Origin: Epiperipatus broadwayi
Taxonomy: Eukaryota; Animalia; Onychophora
DNA: 64,000 nucleotides
Direction of reading: 5' to 3'
Assembly: GCA_028023455.1 (NCBI GenBank)
Contig: JAQFVV010000009.1
Span: forward strand, 9,300,001 to 9,364,000
Shown here one piece after another: positions 52,710-64,000 of the stretch. The position numbers and the translations under genes were made by a program. Under the pieces are notes generated by a model. That model worked only from the letters and a program-made list of their open reading frames with translations. It had not been told where the DNA came from and searched no databases. How positions within the stretch are numbered: position 1 is the stretch's first letter; the number at the start of each line of letters is the position of its first letter.

Positions 52710-53536
52710 TAAACTATAGGTCTTGAATTAAATTTAATATTTTAAAATAAAGTATATGGTTATCAAGATTTTGTGGATCTAAATTTTAATTCTCCCTTTG
52801 TTAACATAATTTAACAGCAAGCTTCAAAATTAATGCAATATTAAAAGAGTTATGACACTTTCCTATTCAAGGTTAATACTTAATAACATTTACATTACTA
52901 TATTAACTAAAATAATCACATGCCCTTTCAATAATTCTAATTCTAAAACATACAAACTTATAATCAATAATCACATATGCAATTTTATGTCATTAAAAGA
53001 AAAAAAAATCATGGTTTGTAATTAGAAAAAAAAATGAAAGGATAAACAAAATAAAAATTGAAATACACCTACACAAAGAACATTATAACTTAAATAAAAT
53101 ATAACACAGTAATTTCTAATCTAATAAAGAATGATTAATAACCATTTATATTTTTAATGAAAGATGATTGTTGTGAATAAATAAATTATAATATAAATTT
53201 GTTTAATACATATAAACTAATGGTGTATAGCACTAAGATGAAATGCAATCTGAGAGCCATTACACAATTTTTTTTTCAATATTAGCAATAGTATAAGTGA
53301 AATATAAAAATGTGACAATAATTAGAAATTTATTGAATATTATTATACATAATGAAATTACTTAAATACAGACCCTTATATTGATAACTAAATCAATACA
53401 CATATGCTGGCGTTTACTATAATAAATCTGGAAACATTAATAACCATAAGCTGTCAGTATCAAATCTATTAAACTACAACAGATAACTGAAGCATTAGAT
53501 TACTGTATTTTAAAATGTATTATATATATCATAATA

Positions 53537-53915
53537 TAAATAAAATACCTGTTAATTAAAACAAAATTGTAATCATAATAAAAATAATAAATTTAACAGT
53601 AATAAATTATTATAAAAAGTCTTTAAATCTGCAGAAGTGCTTTCAGTTAATTTCTTAAACCTGCCTGAACTGCCATTAAATTGAGAAAAACAAAGTGGAA
53701 GCAAACGTCATCAATTCAAATCCCATGAATCCTGTATTTTAATGTTAGCAGCTTGTTTATTTATTAAATGCATTTTATTCATATTTATAAAAACTGCCTC
53801 CTTAATTTTTCTTTTATTATGGTTTCTCTCTTCATGAAGAATTTTCACACTTTCAAAATCAAATTTAAATTTATATTTACATGTTTTTTCATGATCAAAA
53901 AAATCTGAAGCAGTC
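53537..53915 (-). mobile_element. Second, more diverged PLE family B 3' fragment
   Basis: ORF 53711-53917 is nearly identical in peptide to the C-terminal part of ORF 44153-44401. The 3' UTR and tail align with 43919-44100. Confidence 0.85.
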
Positions 53916-56900
53916 ATTAAGAAAAAGATATCTTTTCAGATTAATGGGTGATTTCAAGGACTGTAATAATGGCAAGCAGTTCGCATGTAGAATTCTTAAA
54001 AATGCACCTATCATAAGTAACAGAAATGCATGTTTTTTAACATCCAATTGTAGAAAAATAATTATTTCAGACTAATGGGTGACTTCATTGTATGTATTAT
54101 TACTCTGCCACAAAATAAATAGTTTTTAAATGCTATAAGAAGGTTGTTGATTTTGAATCTTTTATCAAATAAGTCTTCATTTAGTTTCACTAATACTATA
54201 AAATATCTACATGATTTTTAAAATAATGTTCTGGCATTTCTTAACACTATTGAATTATCTGGATCAGGTGTCATGGTTTTTCTTCCAGTGTTATTAACAT
54301 TCTAAGAGTATAAGAAATATTCATCCACACAAAACTCATTATTGATGCTTTAAACTGGTTACAGCAAGAAATATTTATTAAGTTTAATGCTGTTTATTGT
54401 AATATAGAAATTGATTGGTCAATGCATCATAATTTGATACCCACTGAAAACAAAGCAATTAAACCATTTTTAATTAAAAATCTTTACTAATTTGAAAATA
54501 AGTGAATTTTGTTTATAGACAGCTAGCAAACATTAAAAACATATCTATGAGTTTTAGCAATGATACAATTCTTAGATGAGTAATTGAAAATAAGGAGATC
54601 AATAAGAAAATAAAAACTTAAGACAAATTATGAAAAAAATTTGAATCACAAAAATAGTGAAATATATATTATGTATGGCTGATTGTGAACAATCATTTAA
54701 TCAATAAACAAGAGCAACATTGGACTGCCATGCTATATATATGCTTTTTTATAATCAAATCAGAAAAATTTGATCCAAAAAAGCATCGGATTTTATTCTC
54801 TTAGATGCATAAATGGTTTATAAAAAACATTTGAAAATATAATCATGAATAGATATTGTGAAGTATTGTACTGCTACTGAATAGCGTTACCTGTTTCATA
54901 ATTTTTTTAAAAAAAATTATGATTAGTTTTAAGATTTTTAAAATGAAATTTTGCAAAAGCAAAAGATTGCGTCATATTTTCCTTTAGAACAAAACTTCTT
55001 AGCAAGAGAGGGAGAGGAGAAGTCTAAAATTGAATTAAGAAAAATTTTAAAACTCTTTTTTTTCTCTCTCTCTCCGTAAAGAAAATCAGACTAAAAATTA
55101 GTCTGTAAAAATAAAATGTTTGTAAAACTTTCATTATGAAATTAGTTTATATGATTTCAGATTGATAATAAAATCAAAATCAATCTGTAAACTAGATTGT
55201 TTAGATGAATTTGAACAAGGATTAAGATAACAAGAAATGTAAAATTAATTAAAAGACAGATTTCAAGTTAAGATCAAAATTAGAAATAACGATAAGAAAT
55301 TAAAATAGGAGAAAAAAAAGTATATAAAGTCGCTCTATTATTATTCAGTTGCAACATGCATTGCTAGACAACTTTAGCATATTTAGCTGGGCTTCAGGCC
55401 CAAAACTCTCAAAAAAAAAAAGAAAATCAATTGAACCTCACGTGAACCAATGCCCAGAACAATGCCTAGATTGTAAGTAAACATTGCCGCAAACTCTCTC
55501 TCCTATAGTCAACACAAACAATGGAAAACAAGCCCTGGAACCATCGATGGAGACCAAAAAGCCAACCAATTGCAAACTGACAATCATGAAAACTAGGTAA
55601 AGATACTTTTAAATATATTCTGATCATAGTCTAGACTTTATTTCAAATGAATGAAGTTTAATTAATGGACTATTATAACTATAGCCTAAAGTCATTTATA
55701 TTTTTCTTATATCAAATCTTTAATTTTTATATTATATTAAATGTGTGTGCATAAATAATTAAATATTAATGTTTGCTTTAACTGTTATTTTGTCTGTTTT
55801 CTCTTACTCTTTTCACTGCATCACCGGTAAATTAGTGTAGAGTTATTTTATGTGTTAAGTAAATATGCTGGACCCTGAGACAGAATGTGAGCTAGTCAAA
55901 AGATATTTCAAGTGCTGGATTGTAGGTCTATCATCCAAAGCGTGCTGATTATATAACTTATGATTGGCTGGCAATTGAGGTTGATTCTCAAAACAAATAA
56001 AAAGCTTTAAATGGCAGAAGTTTGAATATAGCAGTCAAGGTGGGCCACAGTCTGGAAATGTGATCAAATTATGCTTTTCGTAGCTCGATCTGACCATGGG
56101 TATCATTGTTGGCCCTGCTATCAATGGTATTCTCCCCTCTGCTTGAAGGGCCAGTCCATTCATGTAATATTAAAAATATAAATTAAAAAATTATGTTAAA
56201 AGGTGATTAAAAGGGATTTAAACCCAATCAAATAAAAACTTTTAAATGAACCGGTTCAGTATATTGGATCAAATATAAAGACAAGAACTGAAAGGTGGTC
56301 TATTATGGTAAAGCTTAAGTTAATATATATATACATATGGAAACAATGAATTTTAATTAAAATTCATTATGTATATTTTTATTTATAATTCTTAACTCAC
56401 ATGGAAACCATGTACTACAGCTACTTTCCACCCAAAGCTTGCAACCACTCAATGATAATCTAAAAGATTTGCTATAAATGAATCAACCAATGCAATACTG
56501 TTCCAAGTCTTGATATAGCAGACATCAATCAATGTAAAGAAATACAAAAGTTATCTCAAATATAAGTTAGGGTGAAGACAGTATAGGTCTACTTTCCCTC
56601 AGGTTCTGAATAATTACACACTTAGTAAAGATTACTATCAAGAATGGAATGAGTCCATTTATTCTTTAAGTTTTTTACTTCTTCCAACAATAGTGGAAAG
56701 TCAAGAGAACTCAATATATCATCCAGATGAAAACATAATGATGCATCATAAGCATTGGCACTAATATTTATTTGATTATTCAATTAAAAATATATTTTAT
56801 CTGGTAAATCTTTATAATTAAAAAAAAAATGGTAAGAACTATTTGCATAGCAGATCCAATGATTAAATATTAAAGTTAGATCTAGTATAAACACACAAAT

Positions 56901-57383
56901 CTTGAGAAAATATATAAAAACTAACAGAGCATAAATGAGATTTATAACAATGCAAAAAATTGCCTGATATACATATTATTAAAAGAAAAAAAAAATTATA
57001 TTGTACCATTCTCTGTCATTTTAGTACAATTTATATTCTTTATGTATTTGGTGACCAAATTATGCCCACTTTGATAATTCCCTCATTAGAATATGTCAGG
57101 TAATTTTAGAAAACGCAATTTTTTTCCTGATCACACAATCCTGCTTAACATAAATAAATTTAGAATAATAGTTGAGGACAGAACCAGCTTTTAATTTATT
57201 TGAAAGGCACTAAGATTTTATATGTGAATCCTCTGGCCCACACCCATCTATCTTTATTAGTCACTATTACGTAATCGTTTGCTATACCCAGTAGGATTGT
57301 ATTTTTAATATGGCAATGGCAACTTATTTGGCAATGTAATAATGGTATAATTTAAATAATATTACTCTAGTAATAATAAACTT

Positions 57384-57469
57384 TTTTTTTATATGTCAAA
57401 GCATTGACCGGGAAATGAAACTGGGCCAGCTGCTTGGAAGGCAGCTATGCTAAGGCCATCAACGCTTGA
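57384..57469 (-). pseudogene. Retroposed tRNA-Gly(TCC) pseudogene with 3' trailer, A-tail and 17-bp TSD
   Basis: The reverse complement of 57401-57465 is GCGTTGATGG-CC-TTAGCATAGCTGCCTTCCAAGCAGCTGGCCCAGTTTCATTTCCCGGTCAATGC, matching metazoan tRNA-Gly-TCC with a D-arm deletion. It is followed by TTTGACATAT and an A-run. CTAGTAATAATAAACTT occurs at 57367-57383 and 57470-57486. Confidence 0.88.
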
Positions 57470-58495
57470 CTAGTAATAATAAACTTAAACAGACATCAAC
57501 ACAAATTATATTCATATGGTTTATAATTATAATATTTTAACACTAAATAGAGAATAAAAGTATATAAAAAAAATTAACTTAAATGGTTATTAAAAATTAG
57601 TTTTTTAAGATTCAGATTTTTTTTTTATTGTCTGATGCAACACAGTATTTGATAGCATTATAGTTCAAGACAGTGATCATGTTTAATTTACAAAATAAAG
57701 TCTCTCATTAATAAATTGAATTGTTCAATTATAACACTGTGTAGATTACCATGCATGGTTTTTGTTGTTCTGGAAGGGATCCATTGTACACTCTGATTAC
57801 AGCTTGTAAGTAGTCTGGGTTTCAAGATCTCAGCATTTTATGACTTCAGGAAGGAAGAAACATCGGAAAATAAACTTTCCTCTACTCACATATATTACAA
57901 TGATTCAGTCTGCTGGTGAGAGTAGCTTGGTGCATTTTTATAGGACCTCATATAAATCAATTTTATAGTAAACTGATTTTTTTTAGAGGTCACACATACA
58001 TAAGGCCAAGAAGACCAAAAAGAATCTGAAAAAGAGTTTAGATGCATGATGTATTTGCTTTTTATACTCCCTCCCTGATTTTAGTCAGCCACAAACATCC
58101 TGTTGACACCTTTTAACTTTGACAAATTTAAAATAATTTTGTTCACAAAGTCATCTTTTTCCCCTTTGGTGGCCATCTTTGATGACGGTGATAGAATACT
58201 TTGGTTTTAGCTTTTAAATACTGCTAATTGATTTGAGATAAGAATTTATATTTTTATCTTAGCAAAAATCAAAGTAACATTTGGTTATTCTCTTTATCTC
58301 TCCTTTCTTTAATCTCTTTAACTAAAAAAAAATACAATCTTGGTTCTCTAAAAAAATACAATCAAATGGTATTTCAAAAGAAAAATATTATTCTTCCTTT
58401 CAGGAATTTGATAATTCTAAATTGCCAACACAAAAACTGTACAAAAAGAAATACAAATGAGATATTTATTTATATAGCGCGATGTATATAAATTG

Positions 58496-58582
58496 TAATA
58501 AACTAAAAATCAGCATTTCAAGCTAATATACATGCACTTAGTGCATGTACATTAGCTTGAAATGCTGATCTTTATTTTATTA
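58496..58582. repeat. Near-perfect long palindrome (30-bp core arms, 1-nt spacer)
   Basis: 58509-58538 and 58540-58569 match at 29/30, extended by AT-rich arms to 58496 and 58582. Confidence 0.9.
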
Positions 58583-58689
58583 AAAAGAAATACAGTATAA
58601 TACCTCCACGGCTGGAGACAAAAATAAAATAGAGTGTTCAACATTGTTTTTATTCTTAATAATGTTTAATTCTCAGTTTATGGCCTCCC

Positions 58690-60060
58690 TTTTCTCTATA
58701 TTTTTTTTTTAGTATAACCATCTTCAATGCATCATACTCCTATACCAGGTCAATCTTAATATGTGCCCTAGCATAATAGGTATCCCTTTCCCCTTTATCA
58801 TCTATTACAGGGAATGCATTTGGGACATTTTTCCTAGTGAACTGAAAGGGCCCTTCATACAGGTTTTGAAATTTCCTGCAAATATGTTTGCCTGGTTGAC
58901 TCACTGGGTTTAACTTGACCCACACCTTATCCCCATCTCTAAACTTGTGTTGTATTACCCTTTCTCTGGGTCCATAGTTTTGCACAGTGTTTCAGATGTA
59001 CCCTCACTTTTTTCCACTCTCTTTCTTCATTGATATCTTCCAAAATGGTCAGTAACTTGGTTTTATATAACCTAGGTGCAGGATGTCTGAATGGTAGATG
59101 GATAGGTGAAACTTCCGTGTATTCGTTATGTCTCCAATTTATATAATTCGATACCTGATGAAGCACCGTCAGTCATCCTCTAACGTCAGAAGATGTGTAT
59201 ACCTGGAAGAGATGGTGTAGCTCTCTCATCATCTGCTCACAGGGTTAGATTGCAGGTTCCTAATGGAAGACAATATGTTTGAGTTCCATTTCCCTGATCC
59301 ATTCCTGCCACTCATGACGTAATGGCATTCCATGGCCAAATAAAATAGTGAGGCTTCCTCACTTGCATAAGGTATTGTTTCTTAAGTACACGTATTGCAT
59401 TCTGGGTGTTGGTCTGAAATATTGGATATGCTAATACCCACTTGGAAAAGATATTGTAGATCACCAATAAATATCTCATTTTTTGAAAAGGTGTCAATTG
59501 CCCATAAAAATCTATGGCTACCAATCTTTAGGCTTCTGCCAAATTATTGGACTCAAAGGATCTTGATAAGACTTCTTTACAGACTTTGTCCTCTGACAAA
59601 CCTCACATGTGCTCAATACACTTACCACTTGAGATCTCATATTTAGCCAGCTAAACCATGTCTTTAATAAGCATTCTACTTTACTAAAGCCATAGTGCCC
59701 ATACAGACAATGAGTATACATAATGTCTTTTTTGTAATCCTTCTGGCACTATCATCCTCCACTGTCCCACTTGTACGTCTGTCAAATAATGGAAAATTCC
59801 TCCAATAGCTAAGTTTCTTTGACCATTCATTAAGACCATCTCCATTTTCCAACACCCCCTCGATCATAGGGTCGTCTTTGTATCTTTCCTAGCTGTTTCA
59901 GCTCTTCTTCCACTGATACATTCCCTTTTAGTTCAATTGTAGCCAAAATACAACTTCTATCTGTAAATGATTCTGTACCCCAGACCTCAAGTTATGGGTT
60001 AGTGTGTCCGCAGTCACCTTCTCTGGAGATATTTAACTGTGATCAATATCCTATGTATTT
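58690..60060 (-). mobile_element. Degenerate Ty3/gypsy fragment (RNase H end, integrase, C-terminal domain, polypurine tract)
   Basis: HHCC motif H.LYGHYG...CEVCQRTK. Core VAIDFYG.L..YLLVIYNIFSKWV and N.RH..T.VSP. C-terminus FRDGDKVWVK..YEGPF. A purine tract AGAGAAAAGGGAGG lies at ~58684-58697. Confidence 0.9.
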
Positions 60061-61721
60061 CATTGACTGTCTTGACAGTTTGTTTTTTTTTAATTTGGTT
60101 ATAAATATTCCTATAAAATAGCCTTGTCGATTTTTGAATATTATAAGTTTGTGTAACTCTTATTTAAAATATCAGCTAGCCTGTGCCAATAAAGAACTGA
60201 AGTCACAAAAGTTCCCTGAAAATATAAAAATGTGCATAATTTGAAAATTAAAAGTTACCATGCTTAAGGCATTTTGATGTAAATATTGTCAACAAAATAT
60301 AAAATTATTCTGTTTGCAATATTATTTTCAAAATCATCTGAATCTAGGCCTGAATTAGAAGTTATGGGAAGCTGCAATATTTATATATAAAAGATTTGTC
60401 TCAAAAGAAAAAAACTAAGTAATTAATTTTGTACAAATTTATTAACTTTAGTAATAATAATAAAAAAGGAAATCATTTGATTATTTAATTTTATCACTTG
60501 TAATTTTAAAATTTAAAATAATGTTTTGAATTATGTTTCTTATGTAATATTTAATACTCATATTTCAAATAAGAGAAAAATCTCAGGCATATGGTAACTG
60601 TAATCTGTATTAAGAAGTAGCTTATATAATAAACTTACTACTGTTTTTGGTAAAATAAAGCATGAATAAAAATTTGAAATATGCTGTGTTCAAATATTAA
60701 CTCAATATGTTTAAAAATCAGTCATATTTGAAAAAACAATTTTTGTTTTAATATTATATTCATGGATTTTAATGTTTAACCTATAAAAGAGAAATAAAAA
60801 TGAGCTTATGATTAATTTTAAAAAATTTAAGTTATTAATAAAAAAAATTTACTATATTACACAGAAAATTTGCCTCATGAATAATAAATAATTGTACTAA
60901 TAATAAAACTGAGTAATAAACTTACAAATTAGCTAAATTCAAACTTTATATTAGACTTCTTAAACAGTGAAATAAAAACTTCAAAATTATTATATGATTA
61001 AAGTATGGATATGTTTACATATTTGAAAGAAATTTTAAGAATTATATAGTTTTACAAAGTAAATAACAAATAAGCGTATGAATTATTAATTTTTAAAATG
61101 GTTAAAGAGGTATGTAAAATAGATTAAAGAAAACTGCTATTTAACATAAATGTGTTATATTTAAATACAGAATAGAAAATATAAACATGGAGAAGTTATT
61201 TTAAATTTTGGTTTAGAATGAAAAAATAATTTATACTTCATTGGATTATTATATGCAACTGATGTATGATCAGTTTTAGTTATTGACAGAATGATTTAAA
61301 AGATGAAATGTGAAGTTGTCAATATGTGTTCATGTTGAAGAAGAATAGTAATTGTAATTTAGTTTTTGAACATTTGAAATTAATCTATTTTACAGTTTAT
61401 CCAAGTTTAGAAAATGATTAACAATGGACTTATTTGTATTTTTCTATAAGCAGAAAATGTACCCTATATCATAATCTTTAGCTAAATGTTGAAGAGATTA
61501 AAGTTCATTAAAATGTATGATTTAAGAAATTATATATTTATTGATATTTTTACTATTTGCAGTTAATATGACATGTGGTACATTCTATGAAAATGTCTTT
61601 GGAAGATGCTATTTTAAATATCAATGTTTAGCTATTAAGTATAAGTTATTGTAAATTTTCTTATGCAGTTATTTCTATTTAATTAATCTATTTATTCAGT
61701 ATACTGAATGTTTATTATAAT

Positions 61722-62200
61722 AAGTAGAGGGAATTGAACTTAGAATTTTCAGACTATATTAATCCTCTATTCTATCCCAAACAACCAATACCCATGACTA
61801 CACACATGTGAAATAGATAAATGATCTCCAATATATGTATTTTGTGCAGAACCAATAATCATCAGTTAGGCTAGATCATAATATCTCACCCATATATGTA
61901 ATCAGTGCTTGGCTTAAATTAAGATAGCAACTCCTTCAATGTAAATGGACAGGTTTCAATCTTCTCACCCCTCAAATTAAAGTCTGTCCATTAAAGTTTA
62001 AGGAATTGCTATCTTAATATAAGCTGAGCACTGATTGTATATATATATGGGAGATTATGATCTGGCCCAATTGACGAGCGCTGGTTCTGCACGAAATATG
62101 CATATTGGGGATCAATTATTTTTTTCACATGTGTGTATTGTTTGAGATGGAGTGGACAATGAATATAGATTGAAAATCCTAAGTTCAAATCCCTCTATTT
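61722..62200. mobile_element. HHR family 3b fold-back: degenerate hammerhead followed by tRNA-like A/B boxes in each arm
   Basis: Arms 61722-61952 and 61984-62200 are diverged reverse complements. The + arm reads CCCAA-TTGACGA-GCGC-TGGTTCT-GCAC-GAAA-TATGC-ATA-TTGGG (62066-62109), then GATGGAGTGGA and AGTTCAAATCCC. Confidence 0.85.
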
Positions 62201-64000
62201 CTATTTAATGGATGTTATTTATTAATATGACTGTACTTGTCTCTTAGTAATTTTATTAGTTAACTCATATTCTAGTTCAGGCATATTTAAATCTAAACAT
62301 TTAAAATGAATAGTATTTTTTCAAACATACAATTTTAAGTATTTGATTATTAATAAAGAGATTTAAAGCAAGAATTATGAGATTCCACGAAATATTAGTA
62401 GGAAAAATAAATTACAAAATGTTTAAATTCCAAACTTCTAAAATGTGTGTATATACATATTCATTCATATAAAATTATGCGTGATGTCTCTACAACATAT
62501 TGTTAGTGTCTCATAATGATAAACAAAATAATTATCATGTACATATTAAGTTACAATTAGTCTAATACTATTAGGAAATCATGCATAATTAATAGAATAG
62601 TAAAAATTCATTAAGTACAGGGAATTTAAGTCTTATGGGTGAAATAATTAGAGAAAATAAATAGTGGGAAAAAAATAACCATAGAATTCAAGCTCAATTT
62701 AAAATTAAGGGTTATAGAAATAAACTTAATACACTTTATAAAATCAATATCATTATTAATATAAGCAAGTTTAGGAAATATATTGATATAATCACAGGAC
62801 CTATAATTGTAAATATTCTATATAACATAAATGTGATTATTAATTATTTTTTTCTTGCATTCTTAAAAAACAACTTCATTTAAAAAAAGGATATCAGAGC
62901 ATCTCATGATTCATCGACTTAGTCAGGAAATAAATTGCTGAGTTACTGATCAGAAATAAAAGAATAGTGAATAAAGATGAAATTATAAAAAGGTACCGCA
63001 GAATTAAAGTAAGGTAACTAACCCCTTTTGATTCTTGTTATAGTTTTTATTCAATATTATCATGATAAATTTTTATGATGCACTATACTCACACAAAACT
63101 TATGGAAAAGAGTAGTTTTTGGAAAAAACTGAGTTTAAAATCAATTTTATTCATTTTTTTAGTTCTAGAGGAATTTAGTGATATTCAATAAAATAAATAA
63201 ATGAGCGTAAAATAATCAGGGAGTACTTCATATGATTCATCAACTATTGAAAAGCAGAGATTGTAAATAACAAAAAATAAACTGTCTCATTCATATTACA
63301 CATATGCATAAGCAGGAATGCTCTTATTGTTAAAAGTGAATTTTAAAAAAATCAAACTGTCTTCTATTATTAATGTAGAAATTCTTAAGTTAAAAACTTC
63401 TGTGATTGATTAAAAATATATCTATCTTCTAAAAAATTTTTAAATGAAATATCCACTAAACAAGAAATGTAGCCTCTTTTATATTAAAATAATATAAAAT
63501 ACTGTTTGAAACATCTAAATTTCAAAATTAATGAAAATGTTAAAATTATAAAATACTGAGACTGAATTGTTGATATACACTTCACAATTATTATTTCAAA
63601 TTCATTACAATTCTTAATTAACATTTATTGACCATTAACAATTAATTATTTCAAAATTACGGTATTATCAACTTTTAAATGCTTATGTCTATTTTTTTTT
63701 AGCTTTTACTAGCAAAATTCAAACAAAAATAAAGTATATTTATTTGTGACTTTGTATTTTATTTTTACAAAAATAATAATTTGATCACCAAAAAAATGTT
63801 GACATATTTGATATAATCTATAACTACAAAACTTGTGAATAGAATTTCATTGAATTATTAATGTAGAAAAAACGATTGTCCTATAAGTTCAAATCATTTC
63901 TAGCCATTATTTTTTTTTGGCAAAAGCGACCATCTGTCTGAAATATTTTTCGGTTAATTTAAACTTCTTTTTTTTTTAACATTGTTTTATTAATCATGAA

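Noticed and set aside
2209-59867. Most short ORFs in the supplied six-frame track as host genes
   Set aside because: They are antisense or frameshifted pieces of the retroelements, or low-complexity AT-rich chance ORFs. Only 42731-43006 looks like a host exon.

Overview
Very AT-rich, CpG-depleted eukaryotic DNA, probably an invertebrate animal (the species cannot be determined from this sequence). It is mostly intronic or intergenic and rich in decayed retroelements: two Ty3/gypsy LTR remnants (2.2-5.5 kb +, 58.7-60.1 kb -), a 3-kb 5'-truncated APE-type LINE (36.2-39.2 kb -), two Penelope-like element (PLE) families, tRNA-derived repeats and a processed tRNA-Gly(TCC) copy. Only one host coding exon is recognisable, a DALRD3-like exon at 42735-43015 (-). 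The notable signal is a set of short non-coding repeats carrying minimal type I hammerhead ribozyme (HHR) motifs with palindromic stem III. There are three unrelated non-coding families (about 370 nt, about 434 nt, and a tRNA-box-linked family) plus a tRNA-like+HHR terminus on the Penelope element. Most copies are inserted as asymmetric fold-backs, and four have 12-15 bp target-site duplications (TSDs). In the two tandem families one end is fixed at a CTGTTT(T)A motif and the opposite arm has a 40-60 nt extra tail; at least one of the PLE fold-backs here shows the same asymmetry. This suggests retrozyme-like RNAs mobilised in trans by Penelope machinery. All alignments and folds were done by eye, with no database searches.
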